NCBI GenBank assembly: GCA_030247525.1
Contig: JAOTSC010000001.1
Span: 92-64,091, forward strand
DNA: 64,000 nt
Direction: 5' to 3'
DNA from: a bacterium
Lineage (GTDB): Bacteria; Electryoneota; JAOADG01
The position numbers and the translations under genes were made by a program. The notes beneath the pieces are model-generated. The model was not told the origin of the DNA and searched no databases. It saw only the letters and a program-made list of their open reading frames with translations. Below are positions 10,595-20,600 of the stretch, one piece after another. Position 1 is the stretch's first letter. Every line of letters begins with the position of its first letter.

Positions 10595-11302
10595 ATGGCA
10601 AAAGTTCGAGAAGGCAGAGAGCAGGAGCAGGTCGGTGCGATGTTTGATCGCATCTCGTTTCGTTATGACCTGGCAAATCGGGTGCTTTCGTTTGGTATCG
10701 ACCAGTTATGGAGAAACCGGGCAATCCGAAGCTTAGGGTCATTATCAGGTAAAACCTTACTCGATGTCGCTTCTGGTACCGGTGACATGCTGGAAATTGC
10801 CCATCGCCAATCCCGGGGAACCGCCCAACTCATCGCTTTAGACTATGCCAGAAACATGATGGTGTACGGTCGAAAGCGTCATCAAACGTTGCCAGTAGTA
10901 TGGTTGCACGGATCCGCTGACACGCTGCCATTTCCCGACCAAACGGTCGATGCAGTCACAATTACCTTCGGAATTCGCAATGTAGCTGCCTATGAAACGG
11001 CACTCCGGGAATTCCACCGGGTTCTGAAACCGGGCGGGAAACTGGCGATTCTTGAATTTAGTATGCCGGAAAACATCCTTTGGCGGACGTTGTACGGTTT
11101 CTACTTCAACCGTATCCTCCCCATAGTTGGAGGAGGTCTTTCGGGTAATTTTGATGCATATCGCTATCTACCAGCTTCGGTACAGAAGTTTCCCTACGGT
11201 GCTGCGTTTAACAAATTACTTTACAATGCTGGGTTTTCTTCGATTCATAGCGAGACACTTACAGGAGGCATCGCTACCCTGTATACCGCTGATGTGAAGT
11301 AA
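10595..11302 (+). CDS. ubiE: demethylmenaquinone/ubiquinone C-methyltransferase
   Basis: 235 aa. MFDRISFRYDLANRVLSFGIDQLWR matches the UbiE/MenG N-terminal signature. SAM motifs LDVASGTGD and PFPDQTVDAVTITFGIRN are present. Confidence 0.85.
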   Translation: MAKVREGREQEQVGAMFDRISFRYDLANRVLSFGIDQLWRNRAIRSLGSLSGKTLLDVASGTGDMLEIAHRQSRGTAQLIALDYARNMMVYGRKRHQTLPVVWLHGSADTLPFPDQTVDAVTITFGIRNVAAYETALREFHRVLKPGGKLAILEFSMPENILWRTLYGFYFNRILPIVGGGLSGNFDAYRYLPASVQKFPYGAAFNKLLYNAGFSSIHSETLTGGIATLYTADVK

Positions 11303-11463
11303 GATCACATTTCTTTCCTTCAAAGTTTTCTTCATTTACCCGAATTTTTCGCAGTTTCTCGATTGTAGTATATTGTTCGATGACCCAAGTATGGGTTTCT
11401 CATTCTGAACTTCTATTAAACTGCCCGCGGTCGATACCGCGCCGACACACCGAAGGTTCTCCC

Positions 11464-12411
11464 ATGAAAAGTATTCTCATCACCGGAGTTTGTGGACAGA
11501 TTGGCACCGAACTCATCCGAAAACTCTGTAAAGAATTACCCACTGCGAAAATTCTTGCGACCGACATCAAGAATCCACCGGAATCGGTGCATTCGTTTGC
11601 CGACTTCCATTTGCTCGATGTCTGCAATTCCGCTGCGCTTGCAGAGTTCATTCGCAAGCATGAAGTCGATACTGTGTATCATCTTGCCGCTCTCTTATCA
11701 GCGACCGGCGAGCGAAATCCGGCATTAGCCTTTCAAGTAAACTTATCTGCCTTTTTTGACCTCTTGGAGGTTTCGCGAAATAATGGAGTCAAGCTTGTCG
11801 TGATGCCGAGCTCAATCGGTGCGTTTGGTCCCACCACCCCCCGCGACATGACCCCCAATTTAACGATCATGCGTCCAACCACCATGTACGGCATTACCAA
11901 GGTTACTGGCGAGCTGTTAATGGAATACTACTCGGCAAAGTTCGGACTCGATTGCCGCGGAATGCGTTTCCCCGGCATTATCAGCAGCGAAACCGAACCG
12001 GGTGGCGGAACAACGGATTACGCGGTTGACTTTTATTACAAAGCGGTCGAAGGAAAATCGGCAAACTGTTTCGTTAAAGAAGAAACTGTTCTTCCGTTTA
12101 TGTATATGCCGGACGCAATTGATGTTTTGTGGGAGCTTGCCATCGCGGATGCCTCGAAACTCACGACCCGCACATACAATGTCACCGCGTTTAGTGCTTC
12201 GGCAAAAGAGTTTGAACAAGCAATCGCGGAGAAGATTCTCAACTTCAAAGTGACTTACGAACCCGATTACCGGCAGGCGATTGCCGACAGTTGGCCGAAG
12301 TCTCTTGACGATTCGCAAGCCCGCGCTGATTGGGGTTGGAATCCGAAGTTCGATCTCAGCAAAATGACAGTCGATATGATTCAGAATCTCCGTTTACGGC
12401 TAAAGCACTAA
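11464..12411 (+). CDS. tdh: L-threonine 3-dehydrogenase, SDR (UDP-glucose-4-epimerase-like) type
   Basis: MKSILITGVCGQIGTEL Rossmann N-terminus plus PSSIGAFGPTTPRDMTPNLTIMRPTTMYGITK, which is the SDR-TDH signature (PSSIAVFGP...TVYGISK). The start is taken at the internal Met; the ORF-track start at 11380 is likely too long. Confidence 0.75.
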   Translation: MKSILITGVCGQIGTELIRKLCKELPTAKILATDIKNPPESVHSFADFHLLDVCNSAALAEFIRKHEVDTVYHLAALLSATGERNPALAFQVNLSAFFDLLEVSRNNGVKLVVMPSSIGAFGPTTPRDMTPNLTIMRPTTMYGITKVTGELLMEYYSAKFGLDCRGMRFPGIISSETEPGGGTTDYAVDFYYKAVEGKSANCFVKEETVLPFMYMPDAIDVLWELAIADASKLTTRTYNVTAFSASAKEFEQAIAEKILNFKVTYEPDYRQAIADSWPKSLDDSQARADWGWNPKFDLSKMTVDMIQNLRLRLKH

Positions 12412-12446
12412 TTCATTTTTAACGTATAAATGTTCATCGAGGATTT

Positions 12447-13928
12447 ATGGCAACCTATGTGTTATCCCCCGAGTTGACTCGTTCGTTGGCGAAAAAGCCA
12501 ACCGGTAAACTCAAAAATCTCTTGCAAGCGGCAACCCGGTTCGAGCATCGCGTCTGGGTATCTGCACTTTCATTAGCCGAAGCGGCACGACGCGGCACCG
12601 TAACCACCATGCTCCCGGAAATTGTCGGAATCGATCCAGTGACTCATGCTGAATGGGGCGAAGCCACCGGAACCGATGCGATTTGGCAAGCGACCGTTGT
12701 TACGGCGACTCGGATGAAAGCCGACGCCATCATCGTCAAAAGTGCTGAGAAGGAAGTGCCAACCAGTTCAGCTTTCCGTACTGTAACATTGGAAGAAGCA
12801 TTAGCAGCGCCGCTTCCCGAAGGCGCGCCGATGCTCGACTTCAAAGCGCAACTGCCTTCGATTTATGCGCCAATCTTCAAGTCATTGAATGATACATTCG
12901 CCAACACCGCGTATGTTTGCGGTGCAAAAGTCAAAGCGTTTGAGACAAAATTCGCTGCGGCGTGTCACGCGAAGTATTGTTACGCTGTTTCATCAGGTAC
13001 CGACGCTTTGCATTTAGCGTTGTTAGCAGTCGGCATTCAACCGGGTGATGAAGTCATCACCACTCCCTTCACATTTTTTGCTACGGTGGAAGCGATCATT
13101 CTGTCCGGGGCGAAAGTGGTGTTTGCGGATATCGATCCAAAGACATACACGATCGATCCGGCGGCATTGAAACGGGTCATAACACCACGAACGAAAGCGA
13201 TAATCCCGATTCATCTCTATGGACAGGCTGCCGACATGCAGGCAATCATGGCGATTGCCGAGAAAGCTGGTATCCCCGTAATTGAAGATTGCGCACAAGC
13301 GCATCTGGCAACCGACCGTGGTAAAGTCGTCGGCGGGATCGGAAACATCGGTGCTTTTTCGTTCTATCCAACCAAAAACTTAGGCGCATGGGGCGAAGGC
13401 GGCGCCGTAACGACCAACAATCCGGAAATCGCCAACCGGTTGGAATGGATGCGAAACCACGGACAGCGCGAGAAGTACAAGCACGATCTGGTAGGTCATA
13501 ACTACCGGATGGAAGAAGTACAAGGCGCTGTGCTGAACGAGAAAGTGAATCATCTTGAACACTGGACGGAACTTCGCGAAGCGGCAGCCAAACGGTATAT
13601 GAAAGGTCTGAAGAATGTCGGTGATGTCGTTTTGCCCTTTGTAAAACGCGGCAATCGTCATGTTTGGCATCTCTTCACGATTCGTACGAAATATCGCGAA
13701 GAGTTGTCGGCTTTCCTTGCGCAAAAGAAAATAGGTTTTGCGATTCACTACCCGATACCCCTTCATTTGCAACCGGCATGGCAGGAGTACGGAATTGGCG
13801 AAGGAAGTTTCCCTGAAAGCGAAAAGGCAGGCAAAGAGGTCGTTTCGTTGCCGATGTATTCGGAGATACTTCCCGAACAACAGGATCACGTGATTGCAGC
13901 GATTCGCGAGTTCTTTGCCAATAAGTAA
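12447..13928 (+). CDS. DegT/DnrJ/EryC1/StrS-family PLP-dependent aminotransferase with a ~125-aa N-terminal extension of unknown function
   Basis: The C-terminal ~365 aa are a classic DegT fold (SSGTDALHLAL, ITTPFTFFAT, catalytic Lys in SFYPTKNLGAWGEGGAV, HNYRM). The start at 12447 has a GAGGA site 5 nt upstream, so the N-terminal extension (MATYVLSPELTRSL...) is likely real. Confidence 0.8.
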   Translation: MATYVLSPELTRSLAKKPTGKLKNLLQAATRFEHRVWVSALSLAEAARRGTVTTMLPEIVGIDPVTHAEWGEATGTDAIWQATVVTATRMKADAIIVKSAEKEVPTSSAFRTVTLEEALAAPLPEGAPMLDFKAQLPSIYAPIFKSLNDTFANTAYVCGAKVKAFETKFAAACHAKYCYAVSSGTDALHLALLAVGIQPGDEVITTPFTFFATVEAIILSGAKVVFADIDPKTYTIDPAALKRVITPRTKAIIPIHLYGQAADMQAIMAIAEKAGIPVIEDCAQAHLATDRGKVVGGIGNIGAFSFYPTKNLGAWGEGGAVTTNNPEIANRLEWMRNHGQREKYKHDLVGHNYRMEEVQGAVLNEKVNHLEHWTELREAAAKRYMKGLKNVGDVVLPFVKRGNRHVWHLFTIRTKYREELSAFLAQKKIGFAIHYPIPLHLQPAWQEYGIGEGSFPESEKAGKEVVSLPMYSEILPEQQDHVIAAIREFFANK

Positions 13929-13984
13929 CAAGTATGTTAGTACTTGGGAAAAGGGTGGGCATCGGCTCACCCTTTTTTGTGTCA

Positions 13985-14015
13985 CTTGACTTTTCGAAGA
14001 AAGTTACGTATTATA
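13985..14015 (+). promoter_or_regulatory. candidate sigma-70-like promoter for the MarR gene
   Basis: A -35-like TTGACT (13985-13990) lies ~17 nt upstream of -10-like TATTATAAT, about 10 nt before the ATG at 14025. Confidence 0.35.
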
Positions 14016-14024
14016 ATTCACAGT

Positions 14025-14537
14025 ATGAACTATTATCAATCACCAACTGCGCTCACCCTCGATTCCGATCCGTTAGTACGGGTTGGTGAATCGTTTCATC
14101 ATGTGATGCGGGAACTGGCGAGTTGCTGTCACGAAACAGACTTCCGAGTTGCCCGGAAAGTAGGTTTGAGCCGGATGGAAGCACGATTGTTGACGATGGT
14201 GAACGAAGTCGAGTCGTTATTGCCGAGTGAGGCGGCACGGGACATGAAATTGGTACGATCCCGAATAAGCTTACTGATCAATGGTTTACAGGACAAAGGA
14301 TTAGTTTCTTCCAGCGAATCTAAACATGATCGACGCCAACGGTCACTGCGGATTACGGCAAAAGGGAAGCGTGCGGCAGAGTCAATGCGAGAAGCCGCCT
14401 CTTATCATCTGCGGGAATTGGTGCAATCGGTTCCGGCAAACAAACGACAATCGATGCTGGAGCATTTGGAGTTGCTATATCATTGTGCAACTGTTGTCAA
14501 TGCTACGCAGGCGAGTATTGAAGATGAGATTGAATAA
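14025..14537 (+). CDS. MarR-family transcriptional regulator
   Basis: A wHTH region (LSRMEARLLTMVNE...LINGLQDKGLVSSSESKHDRRQRSLRITAKGKR) typical of MarR. The start is taken at MNYYQS. Confidence 0.75.
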   Translation: MNYYQSPTALTLDSDPLVRVGESFHHVMRELASCCHETDFRVARKVGLSRMEARLLTMVNEVESLLPSEAARDMKLVRSRISLLINGLQDKGLVSSSESKHDRRQRSLRITAKGKRAAESMREAASYHLRELVQSVPANKRQSMLEHLELLYHCATVVNATQASIEDEIE

Positions 14538-14565
14538 TTAATTCACATTATGAAGGATAATAACA

Positions 14566-14769
14566 ATGCCGATGTATGAATACCGATGTCTCGATTGCGA
14601 GCAAGAGTTTACCGAAATGAATACTTACACCCGCCGCGATGAACCGCAGGAGTGCCCAGATTGTGGCAGTACTAATTCAGAGCGGTTACTCAGTACACCC
14701 TCGCTATTGGGCGGATACAACAGTTACAGTTCAGGTAGTTCCTGTGGCGGTGGTGGCCGCTTCACTTGA
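14566..14769 (+). CDS. FmdB-family zinc-ribbon protein
   Basis: MPMYEYRCLDCEQEF...CPDCGS is the FmdB CxxC...CxxC signature. The tail is Gly/Ser-rich. A GAAGGA site lies upstream. Confidence 0.7.
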   Translation: MPMYEYRCLDCEQEFTEMNTYTRRDEPQECPDCGSTNSERLLSTPSLLGGYNSYSSGSSCGGGGRFT

Positions 14770-14857
14770 GGCTGATAACGTAGCGATGCGGTGCATCGTT
14801 CCCAGTAAAAACGGATGGCTTCAGCCATCCGTTTTCTTTTTGTGATGTTCACTTCGA

Positions 14858-17419
14858 TTACAATGTGCGTCTTATCCACAACATGGTGCGGTCGTCAGAC
14901 GGGGGTTCTTCCCCTGCAAACGTATTCACTGCTTCTTCGATGGCAGTTATCCCAATTTCGGCATGAGCAGTCCGGTAACGCAACACTGTTTCACGCAAAC
15001 GCTCTTCACCGAACGGCGTGCCGTCGGTAGCCATCGCTTCGGGAATGCCGTCAGAATATATTACTAAGCTTTCGCCGGGATTCAGAACCGCACGACCGCA
15101 AGTATATTCAGCATTTTGGAAAGCACCGATAACCATACCGCCGGTTTTCAATTGTTCAATTCCGGTCGCGGAAACCAGCAACGGGTAATCATGACCAGCG
15201 TTGACATAAAATATCTCGCCGGTTTTCCAATCGAGCCGCATGTAGAACATTGTGATAAACAATTCTGCCGATGTCGATTCGAAGATCATGTTGTTCAACC
15301 TCGCGAGCACAATCTCCGGTGCCGCTTCGGTGCTGCTCAGCATTCGCATCGATGCCTGCACATTCGACATTAATAGTGCTGCTGGAATTCCTTTTCCGGA
15401 AACATCTCCGAGTGACATACCGAAACAATTGTCAGACAGCCGGAAGTAATCGTAGAAGTCACCACCGACATCTTGTGCGAAATCACTTCGCGCGACAATC
15501 TCCCATCCGGGAAGGACAGGTGGCTCCTTTGGCAACAAATTGATTTGAATCGAACGGGCAATCTGCAGGTCGCGCTCCAACCGTTCCTTCGTGCGAATAT
15601 CGCTCATCATCCGGGTGATTTCCGTCGCCATCAGGTTAAAAGAGAATGCGACTTCACCTAACTCATCGCGGGACTCGACCGGAATTCGATGGGATAATTC
15701 ACCTCGTCGCAATGCCAACGTCCCCTCGATCAATTGATCGGCCCCCGACGCAATCAATTGCGAGATTTGGAATCCGACATTCACTGCTACGAGAATCACC
15801 AAAAGTAATACTATCGTTAGAACGCCTAAGAAATACAACAGTGCCGTATTAAACGGATTCCCGGCATCGTCGAACATCCGCAGCAATCCTGCAGCAGAGA
15901 GTTGGATGATGAGCATTGAACCACGATTCGTAGTAGTACCACGATCATTGCGCAATGTTGGAATCCATGACAGTCCAACTGTGAACAAGCGATCACGCCA
16001 GTGTGTACTCGAAGAATCGCGTACGGTTGCCAGTACTTTTTCGGAAACTGCCAGTGAAACATTCGTTTCGGTTTTGATTGTGATTGCTGTGGCGTTCTGG
16101 TTTTGCTCGGCGGGATTCGCATTATCGGCAGTTAGCGCATAAAGAGTAAGATCGGCCCCGGTCTTCGATTTACAGCGCTCTAACTCTTGATTGCTGAACG
16201 TACGAAGAGCAGCAACCACCAAATCGCTGCGTTGCGAAAGCGCTAATGAAAAATATTGCTTTCCATCGCTTATCAACGTCGTTAGCGTAGCGGGTATCGA
16301 ATCGCGGAAGGATAGCGTCCGGAGAATCTCCGGTGCATTGCGCTTACTTCGTAAGGTAAACTTCTTTCTTACCGATGTACCGATTACCTCATTGCTGATT
16401 TCAATACTAAGTGGTGTAACCGATGCTTTACCGCTGCGAGTATTCAAAGTCAGTGTGGTAAGGGAATCGCCCGATCCGAATTGGTCGATGTCGACCGCAT
16501 TCGCTAAGGTTAGTAGTTCTTCGGAAGCTTCCAACATCAATTTGCGGACGACATTGCTTTGATAACTTCCAATTAAAGTAATCGAGGAAGTAAAAACAAT
16601 GATGAACAACAATCCAAACGGGAGAGCCGTTGTGAACAGAAACGATAAAATTAGCTTCGTACGTATGGGTGATTTGGTGCGCACGCTACGTATTATCGGA
16701 GTGGTCGCTAATCGCACCATCATGAGGACAGCGCTTAAGAACGAAACGATGGTAAGCAAGCGAAGTGTATTCTCGATTACGATGCCAAGAAACTGATACT
16801 GTCGTAGAGTAGGCAAGATGAAAACGTAAACAAGAAGCGGGATGCTGACACTGAATGCCAGTGCCGATAAAAAGAGTTTAAGTAAGCCGGTGTCTTTCTG
16901 TAACCAATCGATCTCGCCATACACCGCAATCAGAGCGATTGCGATGATTAGCTGCACAACAATCGAATGAGGAAGGAAATAACTTAGTGCGATGAGAAAT
17001 ACCGGTAACGCCCACCAGTATTGATCACGAATCCATTCGTACCTGGCATGAAGCAACAAGGCAATACTGCGAAATAGGACAAACAACACGATTGGCAAAA
17101 CAACCGTCGGCCCGCCGGGGATTTTTGCGATTGGGAGTAAAGCCGACAAAAGCAACGGAATTAGCAAAAGGAGTAGTTGCCTACCGCGGGGTTGTTCGGT
17201 GATACGCATCCCGAACGCTGCACTGGCGCTTCCGACCAAAAGAATAACGCCGACGGCTTGTTGTGCCGGGAGTTGCTGCGCGATCGAAAGTAGAAAGTAC
17301 AGAGCAAGCAAGATTGCACCGGTGAATGATACTACTCGCCGGTCAAGGTTGATCGCGGGCAGCAAACGCTGCAAACGACTGATTTTTTCTTGCACCATCG
17401 TTGAACCGTACTTTATCAA
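14858..17419 (-). CDS. membrane sensor protein: multi-TM N-terminus, HAMP linker and C-terminal PP2C (SpoIIE/RsbU-type) Ser/Thr phosphatase
   Basis: 853 aa. About 7 N-terminal TM helices, a second TM plus HAMP (LIASGADQLIEGTLALRRGELSHRIPVESRDELGEVAFSFNLMATEI), then PP2C motifs (DVGGDFYD, GDVSGKGIPAAL, YSDGIPEA). Confidence 0.8.
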   Translation of the reverse strand: MIKYGSTMVQEKISRLQRLLPAINLDRRVVSFTGAILLALYFLLSIAQQLPAQQAVGVILLVGSASAAFGMRITEQPRGRQLLLLLIPLLLSALLPIAKIPGGPTVVLPIVLFVLFRSIALLLHARYEWIRDQYWWALPVFLIALSYFLPHSIVVQLIIAIALIAVYGEIDWLQKDTGLLKLFLSALAFSVSIPLLVYVFILPTLRQYQFLGIVIENTLRLLTIVSFLSAVLMMVRLATTPIIRSVRTKSPIRTKLILSFLFTTALPFGLLFIIVFTSSITLIGSYQSNVVRKLMLEASEELLTLANAVDIDQFGSGDSLTTLTLNTRSGKASVTPLSIEISNEVIGTSVRKKFTLRSKRNAPEILRTLSFRDSIPATLTTLISDGKQYFSLALSQRSDLVVAALRTFSNQELERCKSKTGADLTLYALTADNANPAEQNQNATAITIKTETNVSLAVSEKVLATVRDSSSTHWRDRLFTVGLSWIPTLRNDRGTTTNRGSMLIIQLSAAGLLRMFDDAGNPFNTALLYFLGVLTIVLLLVILVAVNVGFQISQLIASGADQLIEGTLALRRGELSHRIPVESRDELGEVAFSFNLMATEITRMMSDIRTKERLERDLQIARSIQINLLPKEPPVLPGWEIVARSDFAQDVGGDFYDYFRLSDNCFGMSLGDVSGKGIPAALLMSNVQASMRMLSSTEAAPEIVLARLNNMIFESTSAELFITMFYMRLDWKTGEIFYVNAGHDYPLLVSATGIEQLKTGGMVIGAFQNAEYTCGRAVLNPGESLVIYSDGIPEAMATDGTPFGEERLRETVLRYRTAHAEIGITAIEEAVNTFAGEEPPSDDRTMLWIRRTL

Positions 17420-17473
17420 AGTTTAGAAACGAAAACTACTAAATAATATTGTATTTAAAAAGTCTTTGCGCTG

Positions 17474-17502
17474 TTGTGCACAATTTCTTCCGTCTCTATA
17501 TT
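17474..17502 (+). promoter_or_regulatory. candidate promoter with a 10-bp perfect palindrome overlapping the -35 region
   Basis: TTGTGC, a 17-nt spacer, then TATATT. The -35 is embedded in the perfect palindrome TTGTGCACAA (17474-17483). The site is ~105 nt upstream of the histidine-kinase ATG in an AT-rich divergent region. Confidence 0.3.
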
Positions 17503-17608
17503 GGTGTCTAAGTGACAAGAAAAGTTACACAAAAACATTCATGAGCTACTTCTATCAAATAAACATACGCTCTACAATTTCTAAGAACAACCGACCTACG
17601 GACAAGAA

Positions 17609-20600
17609 ATGAAATTTCAGCTTCAGAGAATCGTTGTTGTCCTGCTAATAATTCTTAGCTTCATTGCTATGGCTTCTTCTATATATTTCTTCATTCAATT
17701 TACGGAATATCGACGTCAAGAAGTAAACGGCGATAAGCGAAACATCGAAGTAACATCTTGGCTGTTAGAAAGAGCAGTCAACAGTATTGCAGTAAAAACG
17801 CAGGAGTGGTCGAAGCGGATTGAGCTCGATGATCTACCAAGCACCAACGGATTATCGGTCTTTGGTTTCGACAATGCCGAGGAGACCCACCATCAGCTAA
17901 ACTTAAGTCAAATTGCAATCTTCGACCGTCAAGGAAACTTTTTAGTAAACAGTCACTTCGACTTCATTCGCGCAAAACTCACTTTAATCCCCAGTATTTC
18001 ATCAGAATCTTTGGTTGTTTCAGGGATTCTACCAAGACCTGCCGACAGCAACCAGTTTCGGTTAGGATTCTACTCGACCCGAACCGAACCAATCTTTGTT
18101 TCGATCTATCCAATATTGAGTCGCACCGGCGATACCGATGGATATTTACTATTCGGCCGGATGATCGATCTCGCATATCGATGTAGAATATTCTCAGGTC
18201 TTGGTAAAGACGTCAACGACTTCATCAAAATCGATGGGCCACTCAGAGGATCGCTCCAGCCAAACGAATTGAAACGAGTTCTACCGCAATTAAGCCTGCA
18301 AAACAGATACCTAACGATCCATCGTGACTCTTATACATCGGAAGGTTATGCGATTCATCAGGATATCTTCGGTAAACCTACCTACCTCTTGAGGGTGAAT
18401 TTCAACCGCGTAAATTACCCCGTACAATTGTATGCGCTTCTGCTTTTCGTTCTCTCGGCGATTTTATCGATTCTACTCTTTTTATTCGGGATATACCTTA
18501 AGAACCAGCTTCGATCCGAGCGCAGAATCAAGCAGTTAACCAGTTCAGTGAATTCGCAATTGGACTCTGCTATGCTTCGTTCAGACGACAAGGATCCACT
18601 AACACAACTTGCTGCCAGAATCGCGTGTTTACAGCAGCGGATGGGATCTGCAGAAGTTCAATCTGCAATGTCTGAGCAGAAAGTAGCGGATCTCTCAAAA
18701 CAGTTAAAAGTAGTTCAGGACGAGAATACTCGGAATGTCCGTTTCAATATCGTGTATCGACTATTGGCTGGGGTTTCCCGAAACAAACCGATGGAAGAAA
18801 TCTGCCAATTGGCTTTCGACGAAATTGAACGAGAGATAAAGCCAAAAGCCCAAGCGCTCCGGATTCTTAAATATGAAAGTGACTTTGTTCTTTCGATCAA
18901 CCGTGGATTCTCGGACGAATACATCGCTCTGATGTCAAATGTCGACAAAAGTTTCATCTCCGACATACTGATGGAATCGAAGCATGTGTATCATATCGAC
19001 GAACTTGACGATTCCTTCATTCAACAATCGTTGCGCAAAGAAGGTATTGGTACCGTTGCTGGATTTGCGATGATGGTCAACAATCAGATAGTCGGAGGTT
19101 ACACAGTCGTTTTTTCCGGCCGGCGGGTTTTGACCGAAACCGAAGAACAACTTTGTGAAGCTGTCGCGGACACCCTTTCGATAGTGCTCCAGCACCATAA
19201 TTCCGAATTAGAACGGCGATCCAGCGAAGAACGGCTTCAGTCATTGTTTCAAACCGCTCATGACGGTTACATCATGCTTGATGGTAACGGCGATGTTGCT
19301 GATGTAAACCCGGCCGCTTCACAAATCCTCGGTTATTCTTCAGAGGTGATTATTGGAAAGCCGGGGAAACATTTTCTTCCGATAGCGTTTTCCGTCGACT
19401 ATGACAACTTCATAAAGAAAACTGTCACTTCGGGAGTTCCGAGTGTTATAACTGAGTGTATTACAGCAAATGGCACTGCGATTCCGGTTGATGCGAGCGC
19501 ATCGGTGATTGCAATGACAGTGGGGTCGGGCATTTTTGTCGTTCTGCGCGACATCACCGAGCGGGTACACTCAGAACGATTGCAAAAAACTCTGCTCGAT
19601 ATTGCTCAGACCACAACCGAATCGCAAAACTTAGAAGAAATGCTCGCAAATATTCATCGCTATTTGACAGCGATCGTTTATGCCGAGAATTTCTATGTCG
19701 CGTTGTATGATCCAGAAACCAATCTGTACTCATTCCCGTATCAAGTAGACCAATACGACCCTCCAATTGTTGGATCGGTCTCGCTTGAAAAATCGCTTAC
19801 TGATTACGTACGACGTACAAAGAAACCAGTATTACTTGATCCAGCCAATCATGAAGAGTGGAAGCAAATCGATGAAATAGAATCTTATGGAACCGGTTCC
19901 TATAGTTGGTTGGGAATACCGTTAATATCGAAACAGCGAGTAATTGGGGTTGCAGTTGTACAAAGTTATGACGAGGAGTTTTCTTTTTCACAACGCGACT
20001 TGTCGGTAATGCAACTTGTTTCCGGGCAGATAGCAACTGCAATCGAACGTAAGCAAGCTGAAGAGAGTCTCCGTAGAAGCGAAACGCGGTACCGCCAGAT
20101 ATTCAGTATGACGGTCGCAGTAAAACTGTTCTACGATCCCAACACAGGCGGAATCATCGACGCGAATCAAGCTGCTTGTAAGTTCTACGGTTATACATTG
20201 CGCGAGCTAAAGGGAATGCGCATTCGTGACATTGAGTTATCTTCGATGGATTCCCATGAGCTATTGATCACCCAATCGACTGAAGCAAAACAAGATGTAT
20301 TCGAGAGTTATCGTATTGCTCTGCATAAGTTGAAAAACGGTGAACTCCGTACCGTTGAAATGTATTCCGGTCCGATTACGATGCACGACAAACTGTTCGT
20401 CCACGCTATCGTTCACGACATTACGTCACGGGTCCGTACCGAAACGGAAAATCGACGTTTAGCAAAGTTAGTCGAGTCTACTGCGGAAGCAATCACAATT
20501 ACCGATTACCAAGGCACCATCTTATACGTCAATCCTGCTTTCTGCAAGTTAACTGGTTTCACATTCGAGGAGACCGTTGGAAAAAACTCATCATTTCTGC

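Noticed and set aside
12447-12830. Considered that the N-terminal extension of the DegT aminotransferase is a PIN nuclease domain
   Set aside because: It lacks the conserved acidic quartet spacing (N-terminal D in a hydrophobic beta-strand, central E, C-terminal D-x-x-D). The resemblance is only in hydrophobic periodicity. It is left as an unassigned domain.
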